Shown in pieces: positions 62,952 to 64,000 of a stretch of 64,000 nucleotides of DNA. Position numbers and translations under genes: made by a program. Below the pieces are notes generated by a model. The model ran no database searches, had not been told where the DNA came from, and saw only the letters and a list, made by a program, of their open reading frames with translations. The first letter of the stretch is position 1. Each line of letters begins with the position of its first letter. Where the stretch lies: assembly GCF_009914755.1 (NCBI RefSeq), contig NC_060945.1; one strand, written 5' to 3'. This DNA comes from the human T2T-CHM13v2.0 reference genome, Homo sapiens.

Positions 62952-64000
62952 AGATGCAATTGTAATGAGCTCTGTGTAGTCTATGAGCCCCCAAACACTC
63001 ACGTTTGCCAGGTGTGTGTGTCACCACAAGATGGGGCACAGGGGCTGCCCTGGCAGGAGGGTCACTTGGAGAAGGAGTAAGCCCTGTGGAGGATCCAGTG
63101 TTCATCCACCCTGGGGCTAGGCATGAGAGGGTCCTCCAGGAGAGGCTGCACACAGAGGAGGAAAACCTGCAGGGCTGACTTGAAGCCGGGACACTTAAGG
63201 AGAAGCCCCAGTGTTCACACTGTAAAACCAGCCAGGACACTGGCAGGAACACTGTCTGGGTGTTCGGGAACTTCGCATTTCCAGCCAGCATGTGAAGGCG
63301 CGTTCTTCCACTTTAAGGTCCGCTGCAGAAGTGGCAAAGCCATGTGCCTTGAGCTCTGCTCACAGGAAAGAACACGACAAAGCTAAGGGGACTTCACAAG
63401 GGCTGTGTCAAAAGAGGTTCACTTCCCTTCTGTCAGACGCGGGGCAAAGGTCGGGAAAGTGTGCTGCTGTGACTCACTGCATGTCTGTAGCTGATGCCCA
63501 AGCCCTCTTGTTTGTTTCAATGTCTTCATGCAGAGATTGACTTTTTAAAATCAAAGGGACCAACATGTCTTCTCTGAAATCCGCAGGGCCAAGGTGGGTA
63601 TAATTGCTTACGGGGGAACCTGACAGTGCCCCTCAGCAGTTCTGATTCTAAAAACTGTCACACGCTGGGGGTGTCACCCGCAGAGGGAGGGGGTTCTTGT
63701 TTATCCAGCAAGCGTGTGAGTACGGGCTTAAATCGTGACGACCACCTCTCCAGCAGCTTGACAGTCCCCCACTGGCAAACTCCTTGAATTTTCTGGAGGT
63801 CAGGTAAGTCTATAAAATATCACAGAAACAGCAGGTGCTAAATCAGAGGAGGTGACAAGAGGCCGGAAGGGTTTCTGGCTCTTTAACTCCCTTCCAGCAA
63901 AAGGGTCTTGCGATCCCTCCACCAACTTCAAGATATGAAGATAACTCCTCAGAAGGAAGCCCCTGGGTCCGGTCGTGGAGGCCCAGTGTGCTGAAGCTGT

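Overview
Simian-primate (most likely human) non-coding DNA, moderately GC-rich and dominated by transposable-element fossils. It holds about 25 Alu copies/monomers, four THE1 solo LTRs, MST/MLT1/MLT2 and ERV1-type LTRs, L1 and L2 fragments, MIRs, and hAT/Tigger-class DNA elements (MER33, MER58A, MER5A, MER82, MER91). Two decayed coding relics are recognisable: a BlackJack-type hAT transposase (~43.1-46.2 kb, minus) and a fragmented ERVL-class gag-pro-pol region (~52.8-58.6 kb, minus). I find no credible host protein-coding exon; the long ORFs are Alu-, microsatellite- or TE-derived, and I cannot name the locus without BLAT. The most unusual sequence-level signal is a set of short local copy events in which nearby sequence was pasted, often inverted, into TEs: 20-78 from 3923-3981, 21343-21393 from 20128-20178, 26247-26637 from 25593-25682, and a fold-back junction at ~28002 beside an L1 internal inversion. 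There is also a flank+Alu duplication at 41.9/46.2 kb. Also notable are a 99-nt hairpin at 1940-2038 and two dense transcription-factor motif clusters (22.0-22.3 kb and 29.4-30.0 kb). I see no convincing evidence for a wholly new biological system. Repeat subfamily names come from recalled consensus sequences and boundaries are approximate.
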